Positions 37,337 to 49,092 of a DNA stretch of 60,637 nucleotides are shown here, in pieces. Every line of letters begins with the position of its first letter. Within the stretch, counting starts at the first letter, position 1. Under the pieces are notes generated by a model. That model did no database searches. It worked only from the letters and a program-made list of their open reading frames with translations, and was not told the DNA's origin. Made by a program: the position numbers and the translations under genes. This DNA comes from an uncultured Dehalococcoidales bacterium (GTDB lineage Bacteria; Chloroflexota; Dehalococcoidia; GIF9; AB-539-J10), in the NCBI GenBank assembly GCA_964514415.1, contig CAZEQL010000002.1:1-60637 (forward strand), written 5' to 3'.

Positions 37337-39163
37337 ATGAAAAACCTCGGGAGTATTCTAAATCAAGTTACCAAGCCCGCTCGCTATACTGGAGGTGAGT
37401 GGAATAGCATTATTAAACCATGGGAGACAACACCTGTCCGAATCGCCTTATGCTATCCCGACGTTTATGAAATTGGCATGTCCAATCTGGCATTACCTAT
37501 CCTCTATGAAATACTAAATAATCAGCCCGATGTTTTAGCCGAAAGGGTTTATGCGCCATGGATAGATATGGAGGCTGCTCTGCGGGACCAAAATATCCCG
37601 CTTTTTAGCCTGGAATCTAAACACCCATTAAAAGAATTCGATATCTTCGGTTTTTCCCTGGGCTACGAGCTTACCTATACCAATGTGCTGAACATCCTCG
37701 ACCTGGCTCAAATCCCCCTCCTCAGTTCCCAGAGAAAAGCTCCCTATCCCTTAATAATCGCCGGGGGTAGCTGTGCTCTTAACCCTGAACCAATGGCTGA
37801 CTTCATCGACCTGTTTGTAATCGGTGAAGGCGAAGAGGTAATACTGGAGCTATTAGAAGTCTTCCGTGCATATAGAGGCAACGAGGAGGAACTATTAAGG
37901 CAAGCAGCCAGGCTGGATGGCATATATATTCCCGCTTTCTATCAAGTCAGTTACAGGAAAGACGGCATTATCGACAGCATTACACCCCAGCTACCTGAAG
38001 CCAAGCCGAGGGTCAAGCGCAGAATAGTAACTAAGCTTCCTTCCCCGGTCACCAAGCCAGTTGTTCCTTACCTCGAGGTAGTGCATGACCACGGTAGCGT
38101 AGAAATTCAGAGAGGTTGCACTCGAGGCTGCCGCTTCTGCCAGGCAGGCATGATTTATCGCCCAGTACGGGAACGGCCACAAGAAGAGGTGGTAAATGCT
38201 GTAGGCGAACTGTCAAAACATTGCGGTTACAACGAGGTGTCTCTGCTTTCTCTAAGTACAGGGGATTACTCTGACATCAAAGGTCTTGTTACCAAACTAT
38301 CACATACGTATTACGGAGATAGCTTAACCTTCTCGTTACCAAGCTTGCGCCTGGATTCTCCCGCCGTAGAATTGATGGATTTATTACCATCACGGCACAA
38401 AGCAACTTTGACCTTCGCCCCCGAGGCGGGTAGTGAAAGATTGCGGCATGTTCTCAACAAAGGCATTTCCGAGGAAACTATATTAGCAACGCTAGCTTCT
38501 ATCCAAGATAGAAGTGGGATAAATGTCAAGCTATACTTCATGATAGGTTTGCCCAGTGAAACTATCGACGACATATACAGCATCATCAAATTGGTAACTA
38601 CGGTATGCCGCCCAAGGAGAAAAAATAAACTACACATTAGCACAACAATCCTCATTCCTAAACCTCACACTCCCTGTCAATGGCTAGCGCAAGAAACAGA
38701 GGAACAACTGCTACTCAAATATGACATATTGCGGGAAGGGCTGCGCCCGCTGAAAGTGAGATTTTCATGGCCTGACCCTAAAGCTAGCCGAATTGAAGCA
38801 GCTTTATCCCGGGGTGACCGCCGCTTAGGCAAGGTTATCTATCGCGCCTGGCAACTAGGCTGTAAATTTGATGCTTGGAGCGAACACTTCAATTATCAAA
38901 AATGGATTGACGCTTTCAGACAACTTGGACTCGATCCCTCCTTTTATGCCAATCGAGAACGAGCCCTGGATGAGTTATTACCTTGGGATCACATCGATAC
39001 CGGCGTGACTCCAGAGTTTCTCAAAAGGGAATACCACAACCTGTGGCAAGAAAAGGAAACCCCTTCTTGCCTTTATGGGAAATGCAACGCTTGTGGATTG
39101 CAGCGCTGGCAAACTAGTTGCCTGAATAAATTAATCTCCTCTCAAGCCGTGAGTACGGATTAA
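37337..39163 (+). CDS. B12-binding-domain radical SAM protein (TIGR03960-like)
   Basis: N-terminal KPARYTGGEWN and the cluster motif CTRGCRFCQAG. ATG 37337 is preferred over TTG 37322. Confidence 0.8.
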   Translation: MKNLGSILNQVTKPARYTGGEWNSIIKPWETTPVRIALCYPDVYEIGMSNLALPILYEILNNQPDVLAERVYAPWIDMEAALRDQNIPLFSLESKHPLKEFDIFGFSLGYELTYTNVLNILDLAQIPLLSSQRKAPYPLIIAGGSCALNPEPMADFIDLFVIGEGEEVILELLEVFRAYRGNEEELLRQAARLDGIYIPAFYQVSYRKDGIIDSITPQLPEAKPRVKRRIVTKLPSPVTKPVVPYLEVVHDHGSVEIQRGCTRGCRFCQAGMIYRPVRERPQEEVVNAVGELSKHCGYNEVSLLSLSTGDYSDIKGLVTKLSHTYYGDSLTFSLPSLRLDSPAVELMDLLPSRHKATLTFAPEAGSERLRHVLNKGISEETILATLASIQDRSGINVKLYFMIGLPSETIDDIYSIIKLVTTVCRPRRKNKLHISTTILIPKPHTPCQWLAQETEEQLLLKYDILREGLRPLKVRFSWPDPKASRIEAALSRGDRRLGKVIYRAWQLGCKFDAWSEHFNYQKWIDAFRQLGLDPSFYANRERALDELLPWDHIDTGVTPEFLKREYHNLWQEKETPSCLYGKCNACGLQRWQTSCLNKLISSQAVSTD

Positions 39164-39178
39164 CTTCAAATTTAATCT

Positions 39179-41569
39179 TCACTCTGCATCACCCTCAGAG
39201 GGAGATGAGATGCTTCGGTCTTTCAAGGTGGCGCTAAGTGCCTCATCAATGTTATCCACGAATATAAATTGAAGGTCTTCTTTAACCTCCTGGGGAATTT
39301 CTTCTAAATCCTTCTCATTTTCTCGGGGTAGAATCACTCTTTTAATGCCTGCACGGTGAGCCGCTAATACTTTATCTCTAACGCCCCCTACAGGGAGGAC
39401 TTTGCCTCTCAATGTTATCTCGCCAGTCATACCAATATCTTTGCTCACCAAGCGTCCAGTCACTGCTGAGACCAAGGCTACCGCCATAGTAATGCCAGCA
39501 GATGGCCCATCTTTGGGAATAGCGCCGGCAGGAACGTGGATATGAACGTCATTATCCTTATAGAAGTTTACAGGAACAACTAACTGGGGCTTATGAACAG
39601 CGGTGAGAGAGCGAACATAAGTAAGGGCTGCTCGAGCTGACTCCTGCATGACCTCACCAAGCTTACCAGTAAGGATAAGGTTACCCTTCCCAGGAACCAG
39701 GGTGGCTTCAACAAAGATGATATCGCCGCCAGTTGGCGTCCATGCCAATCCCGTAGCTACACCTACCTCATCAGCTTCTTCGGCTATTTCATAGTGGAAT
39801 TTTTTGGGGCCAAGGTAACCATGAAGTTCATCCGCGGAAACTATAGTTGTTTCTTCCCTCCCCTCGGCTATCTGACGAGCTACTTTACGACAGATAGTGC
39901 CAATTTCACGTTCCAAGTTCCTCAACCCCGCTTCTCTAGTGTAATTCCGAATAATACCAAGCACGGCTTCATCGTCAATCTCAAGTTGTTGTGCAGTTAG
40001 CCCATTTTCTTTAAGCTGCTTTGGAATGAGAAACTTTTTAGCAATATGCAACTTCTCTTTCTCCGTATAGCCTGGTAGCTCAATTACTTCCATTCTATCC
40101 AATAGCGCTGGAGGAATAGGATCGACAATATTGGCCGTGGTAATAAACATCACCCTGGATAAATCAAAGGGCACATCAAGGTAGTGGTCAACAAAGGAGA
40201 AGTTCTGCTCAGGATCAAGAACCTCGAGCAAGGCAGCAGCAGGATCACCCCTAAAATCCAGGCCTAACTTATCAATCTCATCGAGCATAAACAAAGGGTT
40301 ATTGGACTGAGCACGACGCAAACCTTGGATAATCCTGCCGGGTAAAGCACCTACATAAGTGCGCCGATGCCCTCGAATATCAGCTTCGTCCCTGGTGCCA
40401 CCCAGAGAGATGCGAACGAATTTTCTTCCCAAAGCACGAGCAATGGATTGCCCTACTGAAGTTTTTCCAGTACCTGGAGGTCCAACAAAACACAAAATAG
40501 GTCCTTTCATATCTGGCTTCAGCTTTCGCACTGCCAGATAATCAAGGATTCTTTCCTTCACTTTGTCCAAGTCATAATGGTCCTCGTCAAGTACGCGGGA
40601 TGCTAAGCTAATATCCAAGTTATCCTCAGTGCTTTTCTCCCAAGGAAGGGTTGTCAGCCAATCAAGGTAAGTGCGTGACACAGTGTATTCAGCAGCCGCT
40701 GGAGGCATCTTAGCCAGGCGATCGAGCTCTCGCTCCACTTCCTTGCTCGCCTCAGGAGGTAGCTTTGCCTCAACAATCTTCTCCTTAAGCTCACTTATCT
40801 CTACAGTTCGCTCATCGGCCTCCCCCAGCTCTTTCTGTATCGCCTTAAGCTGCTCCCGCAGGTAAAACTCCCGTTGCGCCTTAGTCATCTCCTCCTTAGC
40901 TTCAGATTGAATCTTACTTCCTAGCTGCAAAACTTCCAATTCGCGATTGACGAAAGTAGTTAGCTTTTTTATCCGCTCAGTGACATCAATGGCCTCTAAA
41001 ATCTCCTGCCTTTCCTCTAGGTTAAGGTTAATGTGAGCAGCGATAAAATCAGCTAAGTTCCCATGGTCTGGCATGTTCAGCACGGCGATATTGAGTTCAC
41101 TAGGCAAGTTAGGAGCCAACTCAACCACCTTTTGGAAAAGTCCTGTCAGGTTCCTGGTAATCGCCTCAAGCTCGGTAGTCTTCTCTATTTTATCCTCAAT
41201 TACTTCAATCTTGGCTTTCATATAAGGCTCAACTTGAGTAATTTTCTTCAATCCAACTCTAGAAAGCCCTTGGAAGAAAACATGAACTGCGCCATCAGGC
41301 AGCTTGAACATTCGAGCAATGAGAGCAACAGTGCCAACGGGATAAAGGTCGGTAGCTTCCTTTGAATCCGGACGCCGGGCGAAAAAGCAAACTAACTTAT
41401 CCCCGGCAGCAGCTTCGTCTATAAGCTTGATTCCTTTCTCTTCCGCTGTGCCTAGAGGCACAATAAGAGAGGGATAGACCACAACTTCATGTTGAGGAAG
41501 AATAGGTAATTCCCCGGGAATACGGAATTTCTCTCCAGTCCGTTCTCTATACTCTCCGACAATAACCAT
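39179..41569 (-). CDS. lon: ATP-dependent Lon protease
   Basis: GPPGTGKTS Walker A and the catalytic KDGPSAG serine motif. Confidence 0.95.
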   Translation of the reverse strand: MVIVGEYRERTGEKFRIPGELPILPQHEVVVYPSLIVPLGTAEEKGIKLIDEAAAGDKLVCFFARRPDSKEATDLYPVGTVALIARMFKLPDGAVHVFFQGLSRVGLKKITQVEPYMKAKIEVIEDKIEKTTELEAITRNLTGLFQKVVELAPNLPSELNIAVLNMPDHGNLADFIAAHINLNLEERQEILEAIDVTERIKKLTTFVNRELEVLQLGSKIQSEAKEEMTKAQREFYLREQLKAIQKELGEADERTVEISELKEKIVEAKLPPEASKEVERELDRLAKMPPAAAEYTVSRTYLDWLTTLPWEKSTEDNLDISLASRVLDEDHYDLDKVKERILDYLAVRKLKPDMKGPILCFVGPPGTGKTSVGQSIARALGRKFVRISLGGTRDEADIRGHRRTYVGALPGRIIQGLRRAQSNNPLFMLDEIDKLGLDFRGDPAAALLEVLDPEQNFSFVDHYLDVPFDLSRVMFITTANIVDPIPPALLDRMEVIELPGYTEKEKLHIAKKFLIPKQLKENGLTAQQLEIDDEAVLGIIRNYTREAGLRNLEREIGTICRKVARQIAEGREETTIVSADELHGYLGPKKFHYEIAEEADEVGVATGLAWTPTGGDIIFVEATLVPGKGNLILTGKLGEVMQESARAALTYVRSLTAVHKPQLVVPVNFYKDNDVHIHVPAGAIPKDGPSAGITMAVALVSAVTGRLVSKDIGMTGEITLRGKVLPVGGVRDKVLAAHRAGIKRVILPRENEKDLEEIPQEVKEDLQFIFVDNIDEALSATLKDRSISSPSEGDAE

Positions 41570-41597
41570 TGTTCTCCTAGTTAGCTCCTTCCCGAAG

Positions 41598-42047
41598 TCA
41601 GGACTTCGCTTTTATGCCTATATGCCGTGACTTTTCCTCGTCTAGTTTAGGCAAGACAACTTCCAAAAACCCGCCTTCATAAAAAGCTTTAATTTGATTA
41701 ACATTCACATTAGCAGGTAAGGTAATATCCCGCTCAAAAGGTCCCCACAAAATCTCCATTTGAGAATAAGTTCGCTTGATACCCTGCTTAATATCCCTTC
41801 TCTCTCCTTTAATAATAAGAATATTATTATGAACAACTACTTCGATCTCATCCTCTTTAAGGCCAGCTAACTCAACAAGGACCACTACATCTTTATCCGT
41901 TTCATAAACATCAATAGCTGGTTGCCACGTCTTGGGAGAAAAACGTACCATCGGCGGTTTGCGGCTAACAACATCCCCTATCAGCCATTCCACCTCCCTT
42001 TGTATGTTAACAACCGCTTCAGACCAATCTTTCCGTAATTCAACCAT
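41598..42047 (-). CDS. Hsp20/alpha-crystallin small heat-shock protein
   Basis: PAIDVYETDKDVVVLVELAGLKEDEIEV...GFLEVVLPK. The GGAGG SD favours the MVELRK start. Confidence 0.85.
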   Translation of the reverse strand: MVELRKDWSEAVVNIQREVEWLIGDVVSRKPPMVRFSPKTWQPAIDVYETDKDVVVLVELAGLKEDEIEVVVHNNILIIKGERRDIKQGIKRTYSQMEILWGPFERDITLPANVNVNQIKAFYEGGFLEVVLPKLDEEKSRHIGIKAKS

Positions 42048-42295
42048 AATCACTACCTCCTTAGCACAAATGTTAGCAGGAAAATAACATCTCCCCAAAA
42101 TTGCCACAAACCCCTTGGCGAACCATTTTTATGGCAGTAAAATTTGCCAAACTCACTGTGCGGCTATGCGCCGGAACCTCTCTATCCCGAGTTAAAGAAA
42201 GAAAAATGGGCAATTTCCTCACCACTTCATTCGGCATGTCAGCTTGATTACAATCAAGTGCAAAATGAGCCAGATTTACTTTTGCCTAAAGGATT

Positions 42296-44737
42296 TTATG
42301 TTGCCGGGAGATCCGAACTAGCAAAAGACACTACACTATCACCTTCAGCTAACATCATCAGGCGTACACCACGACTACTCCTTCCTTGAACTGAGATCTG
42401 CTCCATAGGAATACATACAACATTTCCCTTAGCTGACAACATCACCAAGTATTTATTATCTTTTTCCACAAGCTTAGCCGCCGTTATTTGCCCTGTCTTC
42501 TCACCGACTCTATAAGTTCGTACCCCCCTGCCACCGCGATTATGTATAGGGTAATTCTTTATCGGAGTTAACTTACCAAAGCCATTTTGAGTTACCATAA
42601 TCATATAAGCGCCCTCACTTTGCTTCGCTTCGCTCGAAATGACAGCCACCCCGATAACACAATCATCAACGAGACGAATACCACGAACACCACCACTAGT
42701 TCGAGATGCGTACCTCAAGCTCTCAACTCTAAATCTCATAGCCTGCCCCTTTTGACTTATCAAAATGACCTCATCCTCACCAGCAACTATTCTGGCTGAC
42801 ACCAGCTTATCCCCATTCCTGAGCCCCATAGCAATAAGTCCGTTCCTTCTGACTGAGGCAAATTTGCCTAAAGAGGTCCTCTTTGTCACGCCACGCAAAG
42901 TCACCATCAATAGGGACATGTCCGCGGGGAAATCTGACACGGCTAGCAACGCAGTCACTTCATCTTTTAGTTCAATAGGCAATAGATTAACCAGTGCTAT
43001 ACCTTTAGTAGTTCGAGATGAATCTTCAGGAATCTCGTAGCATTTAAGGGAGTAAACTTTGCCTGAGATGGTGAAAAAAAGCAGGTTATCATGAGTATCA
43101 GCTACCACGATATGCCTCACTAAATCATTCCCACGGAGAACCATTCCCATAACTCCCTTTCCCCCACGATGCTGCAACCGATAGGTACTAACAGGAACTC
43201 TCTTAATAAATCCCTGGTTAGTTAAGGCAATCACCATTTCGCCGTGAGCAACAAGGTCTTCCTTGTGGAACTCTGTAATTTCCTCCTCTCTCACGAAAGT
43301 GCGCCGAGGATCACCATACTTGGATTTAAGTTCTCCAACGTCCTGTGCGACAAGCGACAATACCTTTCGAGGGTTAGCTAACAATTCCTCTAGATAGGAG
43401 ATGTTCTTTATCACAGCAGCATATTCTTCAATTATTTTCTCTCGCTCCAAATGAGTCAGACGACGAAGAGGCATATCAAGAATAGCTTGAGCTTGAATCT
43501 GCGACAAATTAAAAACTGCCATTAAACTGGCACGGGCAGACTCCACAGTCTCAGACTGCCGAATAGTCCTAATCACTTGTTCCAGATTATCCAGGGCAAT
43601 CCTGAAACCCTCAAGGATATGAGCCCTGTCCTTTGCCCTATCAAGCTCAAATTGAGACCGCCTAGTAATGACCTCAGCCCGAAATTCAATATAGCAAGTT
43701 AGAGCTTCCTTAAGATTAACCACTTTTGGTTGCCCATTAACCAGAGCAACCATATTGATAAAGAAGGCAGTTTGCATCGGGGTATACTTATAAAGATTAT
43801 TGAGCACTTGCTGGGCTTGTGCTTCCTTTCTAAGTTCAATAACAAGGCGCATGCCTTCTCTATCCGACTCATCACGCACCTCAGCTATTCCTCCAAATCT
43901 TTTCTGCTTAACCAACTCGGCTATTCTCTCTACCAACGCTGCTTTATTTACTTGATAGGGAAGTTCAGTAACAACTATTTGCCTCTTGCCTCCCACCTCG
44001 CCAGCCTTAGCCCGAAGTATAATTTTCCCTTGCCCCGTAGCATAGGCACTCTTTATACCCTCTTCCCCCCAAATTATCCCCGCAGTGGGGAAATCGGGAC
44101 CTTTAATAAACTGCGTCAGTTCACCTGTGGTAGCTTGTGGATTATCAATGAGATAGGCGGCAGCATCACATACTTCTCCCAGATTGTGTGGTGGGATGTT
44201 AGTTGCCATGCCTACAGCTATGCCTGAAGCGCCATTGACCAGCAGGTTAGGCACTCTGGCAGGCAATACAGAAGGTTCTTTGAGAGAATCATCAAAATTG
44301 GGGACAAAATCAACAGTATTTTTATCAATGTCAACCAGCATTTCCTCAGCGATTCCAGCAAGGCGAGCTTCGGTATACCTCATTGCTGCCGGCGGGTCAT
44401 TATCAACACTGCCAAAATTACCTTGCCCATCAACCAGCATGTATCTCAAAGAAAAATCTTGTGCCATGCGCACCATGGCTTCATATATCGGAGCGTCACC
44501 GTGAGGGTGGTATTTCCCCATGACTTCACCAACAATACGGGCACTCTTTTTGTGTGGGCTATTGTGACGCAACCCCAAGCCATCCATAGAGTACAGCACA
44601 CGCCTCTGCACCGGCTTCAAGCCATCACGTACATCCGGCAATGCCCGAGACACAATAACGCTCATGGCATAATCGAGATAGGAGCTTTTCATCTCTTTCT
44701 CGATATCAATAGGTTTTATTATTCCAGTTTCCATCAC
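42296..44737 (-). CDS. gyrA: DNA gyrase subunit A
   Basis: [19 protein letters not shown] (catalytic Tyr) and C-terminal beta-pinwheel repeats. Confidence 0.95.
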   Translation of the reverse strand: MMETGIIKPIDIEKEMKSSYLDYAMSVIVSRALPDVRDGLKPVQRRVLYSMDGLGLRHNSPHKKSARIVGEVMGKYHPHGDAPIYEAMVRMAQDFSLRYMLVDGQGNFGSVDNDPPAAMRYTEARLAGIAEEMLVDIDKNTVDFVPNFDDSLKEPSVLPARVPNLLVNGASGIAVGMATNIPPHNLGEVCDAAAYLIDNPQATTGELTQFIKGPDFPTAGIIWGEEGIKSAYATGQGKIILRAKAGEVGGKRQIVVTELPYQVNKAALVERIAELVKQKRFGGIAEVRDESDREGMRLVIELRKEAQAQQVLNNLYKYTPMQTAFFINMVALVNGQPKVVNLKEALTCYIEFRAEVITRRSQFELDRAKDRAHILEGFRIALDNLEQVIRTIRQSETVESARASLMAVFNLSQIQAQAILDMPLRRLTHLEREKIIEEYAAVIKNISYLEELLANPRKVLSLVAQDVGELKSKYGDPRRTFVREEEITEFHKEDLVAHGEMVIALTNQGFIKRVPVSTYRLQHRGGKGVMGMVLRGNDLVRHIVVADTHDNLLFFTISGKVYSLKCYEIPEDSSRTTKGIALVNLLPIELKDEVTALLAVSDFPADMSLLMVTLRGVTKRTSLGKFASVRRNGLIAMGLRNGDKLVSARIVAGEDEVILISQKGQAMRFRVESLRYASRTSGGVRGIRLVDDCVIGVAVISSEAKQSEGAYMIMVTQNGFGKLTPIKNYPIHNRGGRGVRTYRVGEKTGQITAAKLVEKDNKYLVMLSAKGNVVCIPMEQISVQGRSSRGVRLMMLAEGDSVVSFASSDLPAT

Positions 44738-44740
44738 ACC

Positions 44741-45559
44741 TTAAATCCTTCCTTCGTCTCCAATCTCACCGAGCACAGAAAAGCCCTCCGGGAAAGGTTC
44801 CTCTTTCTCTTCAAAATTTTCAACCCCCTCCATCACCTCTCCTTCATCGGTAATGACTCTGTGCCTAAGAAGACTTTCTTTAATATGCAAGCGGGGTCGC
44901 CCTATAGCTTTAACAGAGAAGGAAATACATCCAACCTGACTAGGATGTTGATACACCTCTCTAATGACCACCTGCAGTTCATCTTTCCCTACATTGAGAA
45001 TGGCTGCAGCATATCTATTCCCACCTCTTATCAGTTTGATAAGACGTAACGCATATTTTGGCTCTACTCTGCCTAAATATTCCCCGCATTCGCTCTCCAC
45101 GACTAAGTGCTGTCCTTTTAAACTCACCTGCACCTGATCACCATGGCCTAACTTAGCTAACACCTCTTCTAAAGCTAGCTCACAAAGATTTACTGACGCT
45201 GTTTTGCCTACCTCCTCAATAAAAAATTCAGGAACAACCTTGTGATGCCCTCCATCTGAGGTCGCCGTGGACTCAGCTAAGCTAGCTAGACGAGCCAAAT
45301 TTTTTTTAGCAATAACATTGTTAGGGACAAGTTCCAAAGCCTTAAGATAGGCTTCTTTAGCTTGGACAAAATCCCCCAATTCTGTTAAAGCTTTGCCAAG
45401 ACGATTATAAGCCCCCACATCAGCGGGGAACCTTTCAATTATGTTCTTGTTTACCGCCTCTGCCTCCTTCCAACAACCCTGAATAGCCATGTCCACAGCC
45501 TCCTTGCTTAGTTGCCGTATTAATCGAGCTTCCTCTTCTTCCTGCTGATAAGGCGCCAT
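44741..45559 (-). CDS. TPR-repeat protein with an uncharacterised C-terminal domain
   Basis: TPR-like AYNRLGKALTELGDFVQAKEAYLKALELVPNN. It lies directly upstream of gyrA (3-nt gap). Confidence 0.6.
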   Translation of the reverse strand: MAPYQQEEEEARLIRQLSKEAVDMAIQGCWKEAEAVNKNIIERFPADVGAYNRLGKALTELGDFVQAKEAYLKALELVPNNVIAKKNLARLASLAESTATSDGGHHKVVPEFFIEEVGKTASVNLCELALEEVLAKLGHGDQVQVSLKGQHLVVESECGEYLGRVEPKYALRLIKLIRGGNRYAAAILNVGKDELQVVIREVYQHPSQVGCISFSVKAIGRPRLHIKESLLRHRVITDEGEVMEGVENFEEKEEPFPEGFSVLGEIGDEGRI

Positions 45560-45610
45560 ATCCCTTAACCAATTACAATTATATAAACTTATGATGGCAA
45601 GCCGAGAATG

Positions 45611-46828
45611 TCAAGCAATTTCTATCTTAAAGGCTTTATGTAAAGCTTGAACAGCCTCCTTGCCCTTGTCCTCAGAAACAATGCAAGTTATCCTTATCTC
45701 CGAGGTGGTGATTAACTGAATATTAATGCCTTCCTCGTAAAGTGTGCGAAACATTTTAGCAGCATAGCCCGGCGTGTCTTGCATGCCTGTACCTACAATG
45801 CTAACCTTCGCTAACCTGGAGTCAATGATACATTGCTTGCCCCCCACAGATTTAGCCACAGGCTCCACAATGGACATCGCTTTAGTTAATTCATTTCGAG
45901 CTACTGTAAAGGTAAGGTCAGTGATATTCTCAACGCTGGCATTCTGGACAATGGTATCTACACTTATATTAGCTCTTGCCAGAGGCTCAAAGATTGCTGC
46001 AGAGATACCAGGATGGTCAGGAACACCAATAATAGTGATTTTAGCTACATTGGTATCCAGGGCAACGCCCCTAACCTTATTTTTTACTTCCATAGATGCC
46101 TCCTTGCAAATGATAGTCCCCTCGCTGTCGCTAAAACTGGAAGCCACCAGAATAGGCACATTATACAACTCGCCTAGCTCTACCGCTCTGGAATGTATTA
46201 CCTTGGCTCCATAACTAGCCAATTCCAGCATTTCTTCATAGCCGATCTCCTTTAATTTGCGCGCTTCAGGAACAACTCGAGGGTCAGCAGTATAGACACC
46301 CTCAACATCAGTGTAGATTTGGCATATCTCAGCACCCAAGCTGGCAGCAATGGCAACTGCTGTAGTATCAGAACCACCTCGGCCCAAGGTAGTAATATCC
46401 ATATCTTGAGTAACGCCTTGAAATCCAGCTACAATAACGATATTACCTTCCTCCAATTCATTGACAATGCGCTCAGGGCCAACACGAAGAATCCGAGCTC
46501 GACTATAGCTAGAATCAGTTTGGATGCCCGCTTGAGCACCGGTAAGACTGACTGCCTTGTAGCCCAAATTTTCCAGAGCCATGGCCAAAAGAGTACTGGA
46601 AATTAGCTCACCAGTAGAAAGTAGAACATCAAGCTCTCGCTCTTTCGGCTGTTCACTAATTTGATAAGCCGTTTTGATAAGTTCATCAGTGGTATCCCCC
46701 ATTGCTGAGACAACAACTACCACTTGATTTCCTTCGTCCTTAGCTCTGGCTACGCGGCGAGCTACACTTTTGATTTTCTCACTATCCGCAACTGAGCTGC
46801 CACCATATTTTTGAACTATCAGTGCCAT
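45611..46828 (-). CDS. lysC: Aspartate kinase with tandem ACT domains
   Basis: [21 protein letters not shown] and ACT repeats. Confidence 0.9.
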   Translation of the reverse strand: MALIVQKYGGSSVADSEKIKSVARRVARAKDEGNQVVVVVSAMGDTTDELIKTAYQISEQPKERELDVLLSTGELISSTLLAMALENLGYKAVSLTGAQAGIQTDSSYSRARILRVGPERIVNELEEGNIVIVAGFQGVTQDMDITTLGRGGSDTTAVAIAASLGAEICQIYTDVEGVYTADPRVVPEARKLKEIGYEEMLELASYGAKVIHSRAVELGELYNVPILVASSFSDSEGTIICKEASMEVKNKVRGVALDTNVAKITIIGVPDHPGISAAIFEPLARANISVDTIVQNASVENITDLTFTVARNELTKAMSIVEPVAKSVGGKQCIIDSRLAKVSIVGTGMQDTPGYAAKMFRTLYEEGINIQLITTSEIRITCIVSEDKGKEAVQALHKAFKIEIA

Positions 46829-46848
46829 ATCTCCCCCACTACTTACTT

Positions 46849-48033
46849 TTACTTTATCAGCCTGCTCACAAGAGTATGCCCTTCCTCAATGAAAACGCCC
46901 GTTTTTTCAGCCTCAGCCTCGGTAAACTTCTTCGCCCCGCTAGATATAAACCCTGGACCCCACAGCACAAATGGAACTGGCTCATCAGTATGAGTCTGAA
47001 CCTCAATTGGCGTGGGATGGTCAGGCATAATTAACACTCGAAGCTCATCTTTATCCCAGGTACGGAGTTGGCTCACCACCTCTTTGTCTATCTCCTGGAT
47101 GGCCCTCATTTTGTCACCAATGGAACCAGCATGACCAGCCTCATCCGGTGCTTCCACATGAATAACTACCAAATCCTGTTCTTCAAGCGATCCCAAGGCT
47201 CCGACCGCCTGTGCAGCATAATCATTGTCTGAACCATCAGTTACACCAGGGACATATAATATTTCTGCCCCTATCATTTTGGCTAAGCCTCGCAAAATAT
47301 CAACTCCAGATGTCACGACAGTGTCAAGACCATAAATTTCCTTAAATGCTGGCATATCAGGTATTTTACCACTGCCCCAGAAAAGCCATATCATTGTAGC
47401 TGGAATATTGCCGCGAGACATACGCTCCACGTTTACAGGATGCTCCCGAAGCACGCCATCCGAGCGCACCATGAGGTCTCTCAACAGGTCACTTCCTGAA
47501 CCATGAGGAAGAAATTCCTGAAAGGGTTTGCCAGGGATATCATGCGGAGGAGTGCAGACAGCCAGAAGGGTGTCCTCCCTCCCTTTTATCTTGCATACAT
47601 GTCTATAGCTGACGCCGGGGTAAAAGTGCACCTTATCGCTGCCAAGCTTCTCATTTAGAGCAGCAATAAGAGACTGAGCTTCACTGGTGCTGATATGCCC
47701 AGCACTATAGCTCCACATCTTTCCATCGCGAACAGCCACTAAATTACAGCGGAAAACGACCTCTCCCTCACTAATGGGAATGCCCATGCTCCTGGCCTCG
47801 ATGGCGCTCCTGCCCCGATAATAAACCTTTGGGTCGTATCCCAGAATTGACATACAGGCGCAGGCACTGCTAGGCTCCATCCCGAGGGGAACAGTGCGGA
47901 CAAGTCCCACAATTCCTTCCTGTGCCATAGCATCCAGGTTTGGAGTGTATGCCAGCTCAAGACAGGTCTTCCCACCATGTTCAGGCAACGGCCAGCCCGC
48001 TGCCCCATCAATTATCAAAACGCAATACTTCAT
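46849..48033 (-). CDS. ApgM-family cofactor-independent phosphoglycerate mutase homologue (possibly the proposed alternative homoserine kinase)
   Basis: [10 protein letters not shown]...TPNLD...[12 protein letters not shown] metalloenzyme motifs. It lies 20 nt upstream of lysC in the same operon. Confidence 0.75.
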   Translation of the reverse strand: MKYCVLIIDGAAGWPLPEHGGKTCLELAYTPNLDAMAQEGIVGLVRTVPLGMEPSSACACMSILGYDPKVYYRGRSAIEARSMGIPISEGEVVFRCNLVAVRDGKMWSYSAGHISTSEAQSLIAALNEKLGSDKVHFYPGVSYRHVCKIKGREDTLLAVCTPPHDIPGKPFQEFLPHGSGSDLLRDLMVRSDGVLREHPVNVERMSRGNIPATMIWLFWGSGKIPDMPAFKEIYGLDTVVTSGVDILRGLAKMIGAEILYVPGVTDGSDNDYAAQAVGALGSLEEQDLVVIHVEAPDEAGHAGSIGDKMRAIQEIDKEVVSQLRTWDKDELRVLIMPDHPTPIEVQTHTDEPVPFVLWGPGFISSGAKKFTEAEAEKTGVFIEEGHTLVSRLIK

Positions 48034-48100
48034 CAGCCTTCGCCGCTAATCCGCAAGTTTGTAAATTGTAATTAAAGCATTTTATAATAGCTAAGACAAA

Positions 48101-48173
<73 letters not shown>

Positions 48174-48444
48174 TTAGTTTATTTAAACAGCGCTAATTGA
48201 CACTCTCTGCTAGAAGCGCCCATGTAACTCTACGCTATTTCATTTATGTGCTAGCTATAACACAATATTCGACATATTCTTAGCGCTGAGGCCAAACGTC
48301 CTCTCCACTGTTTCGTCCTTTCTCCAGCTTGGTGGAGCACTTTTGGCGCATATCTTTCTAATCTTGACATCAATCAGGCTATGCCATATTCTATACCTAG
48401 CAAAGCGAGGTATCAGTTACTAACACAGTCCTGAGCATTGCACA

Positions 48445-49068
48445 ATGGAAGTGTTTTATTCGATATCATTGGCTGTGTCCGCTTTTTGCCTTGGGGCTTG
48501 TCCTTTCTCGCTATGGATCGGGCGATGGCTCCTGGGCAAAGACATCAGGAATTACGGAGATGGTAATCCAGGGGCAGCTAATGTCTTCCGAGCTGGAGGT
48601 CGCAAATCGGGGTGCCTTGCCGTAATTCTGGACATAGCAAAAGGTACGCCTTTTGTAGCTCTGGCACACCCACTCTTTGGGTTACCCGAAGTAACAGTTA
48701 TGATAGTAGCAGTGAGTGCGATATTGGGAAGTGCCTTCTCTCCACTACTTCACTTTAGAGGTGGCAAGTCGGTAGCCATTACTTTTGGGGTGCTGTTGGC
48801 GCTGCCTCAACATGAGCTGCTTATTACCTTTGCTGTCTTTATGTTCTTAGGTTTTCTTTTTATAGAAACTGCCGCTTGGACGGTCATGCTCGGCCCAACA
48901 GGCTCACTGGTCTATTTGGCAACTACCGGAGCAAGCTACTGGGAATTGTTATTCGTGCTAAGCGTGCTGGTAATATTAGCAGCAAAGCACCATTTCGAGC
49001 TAAAAACTATTCCTAAATGTAAAGTGAGACTCATCAGTTGGCTTCAGTCAAGGAGACATAAAACTTAA
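48445..49068 (+). CDS. plsY: PlsY-like glycerol-3-phosphate acyltransferase
   Basis: A multi-TM protein with GDGNPGAANVFRAGG (compare the GSGNxGATN motif). Confidence 0.7.
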   Translation: MEVFYSISLAVSAFCLGACPFSLWIGRWLLGKDIRNYGDGNPGAANVFRAGGRKSGCLAVILDIAKGTPFVALAHPLFGLPEVTVMIVAVSAILGSAFSPLLHFRGGKSVAITFGVLLALPQHELLITFAVFMFLGFLFIETAAWTVMLGPTGSLVYLATTGASYWELLFVLSVLVILAAKHHFELKTIPKCKVRLISWLQSRRHKT

Positions 49069-49092
49069 GTTGGCCATAATGGCAATAAGCGC

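Noticed and set aside
42048-42150. A sigma54-like TGGCA-N-TGCCA word and a TTAGCAC half-CIRCE upstream of hsp20.
   Set aside because: The GG-to-GC spacing is off by one from the -24/-12 consensus. Only one CIRCE half-site is present, with no inverted partner at 9-nt spacing.
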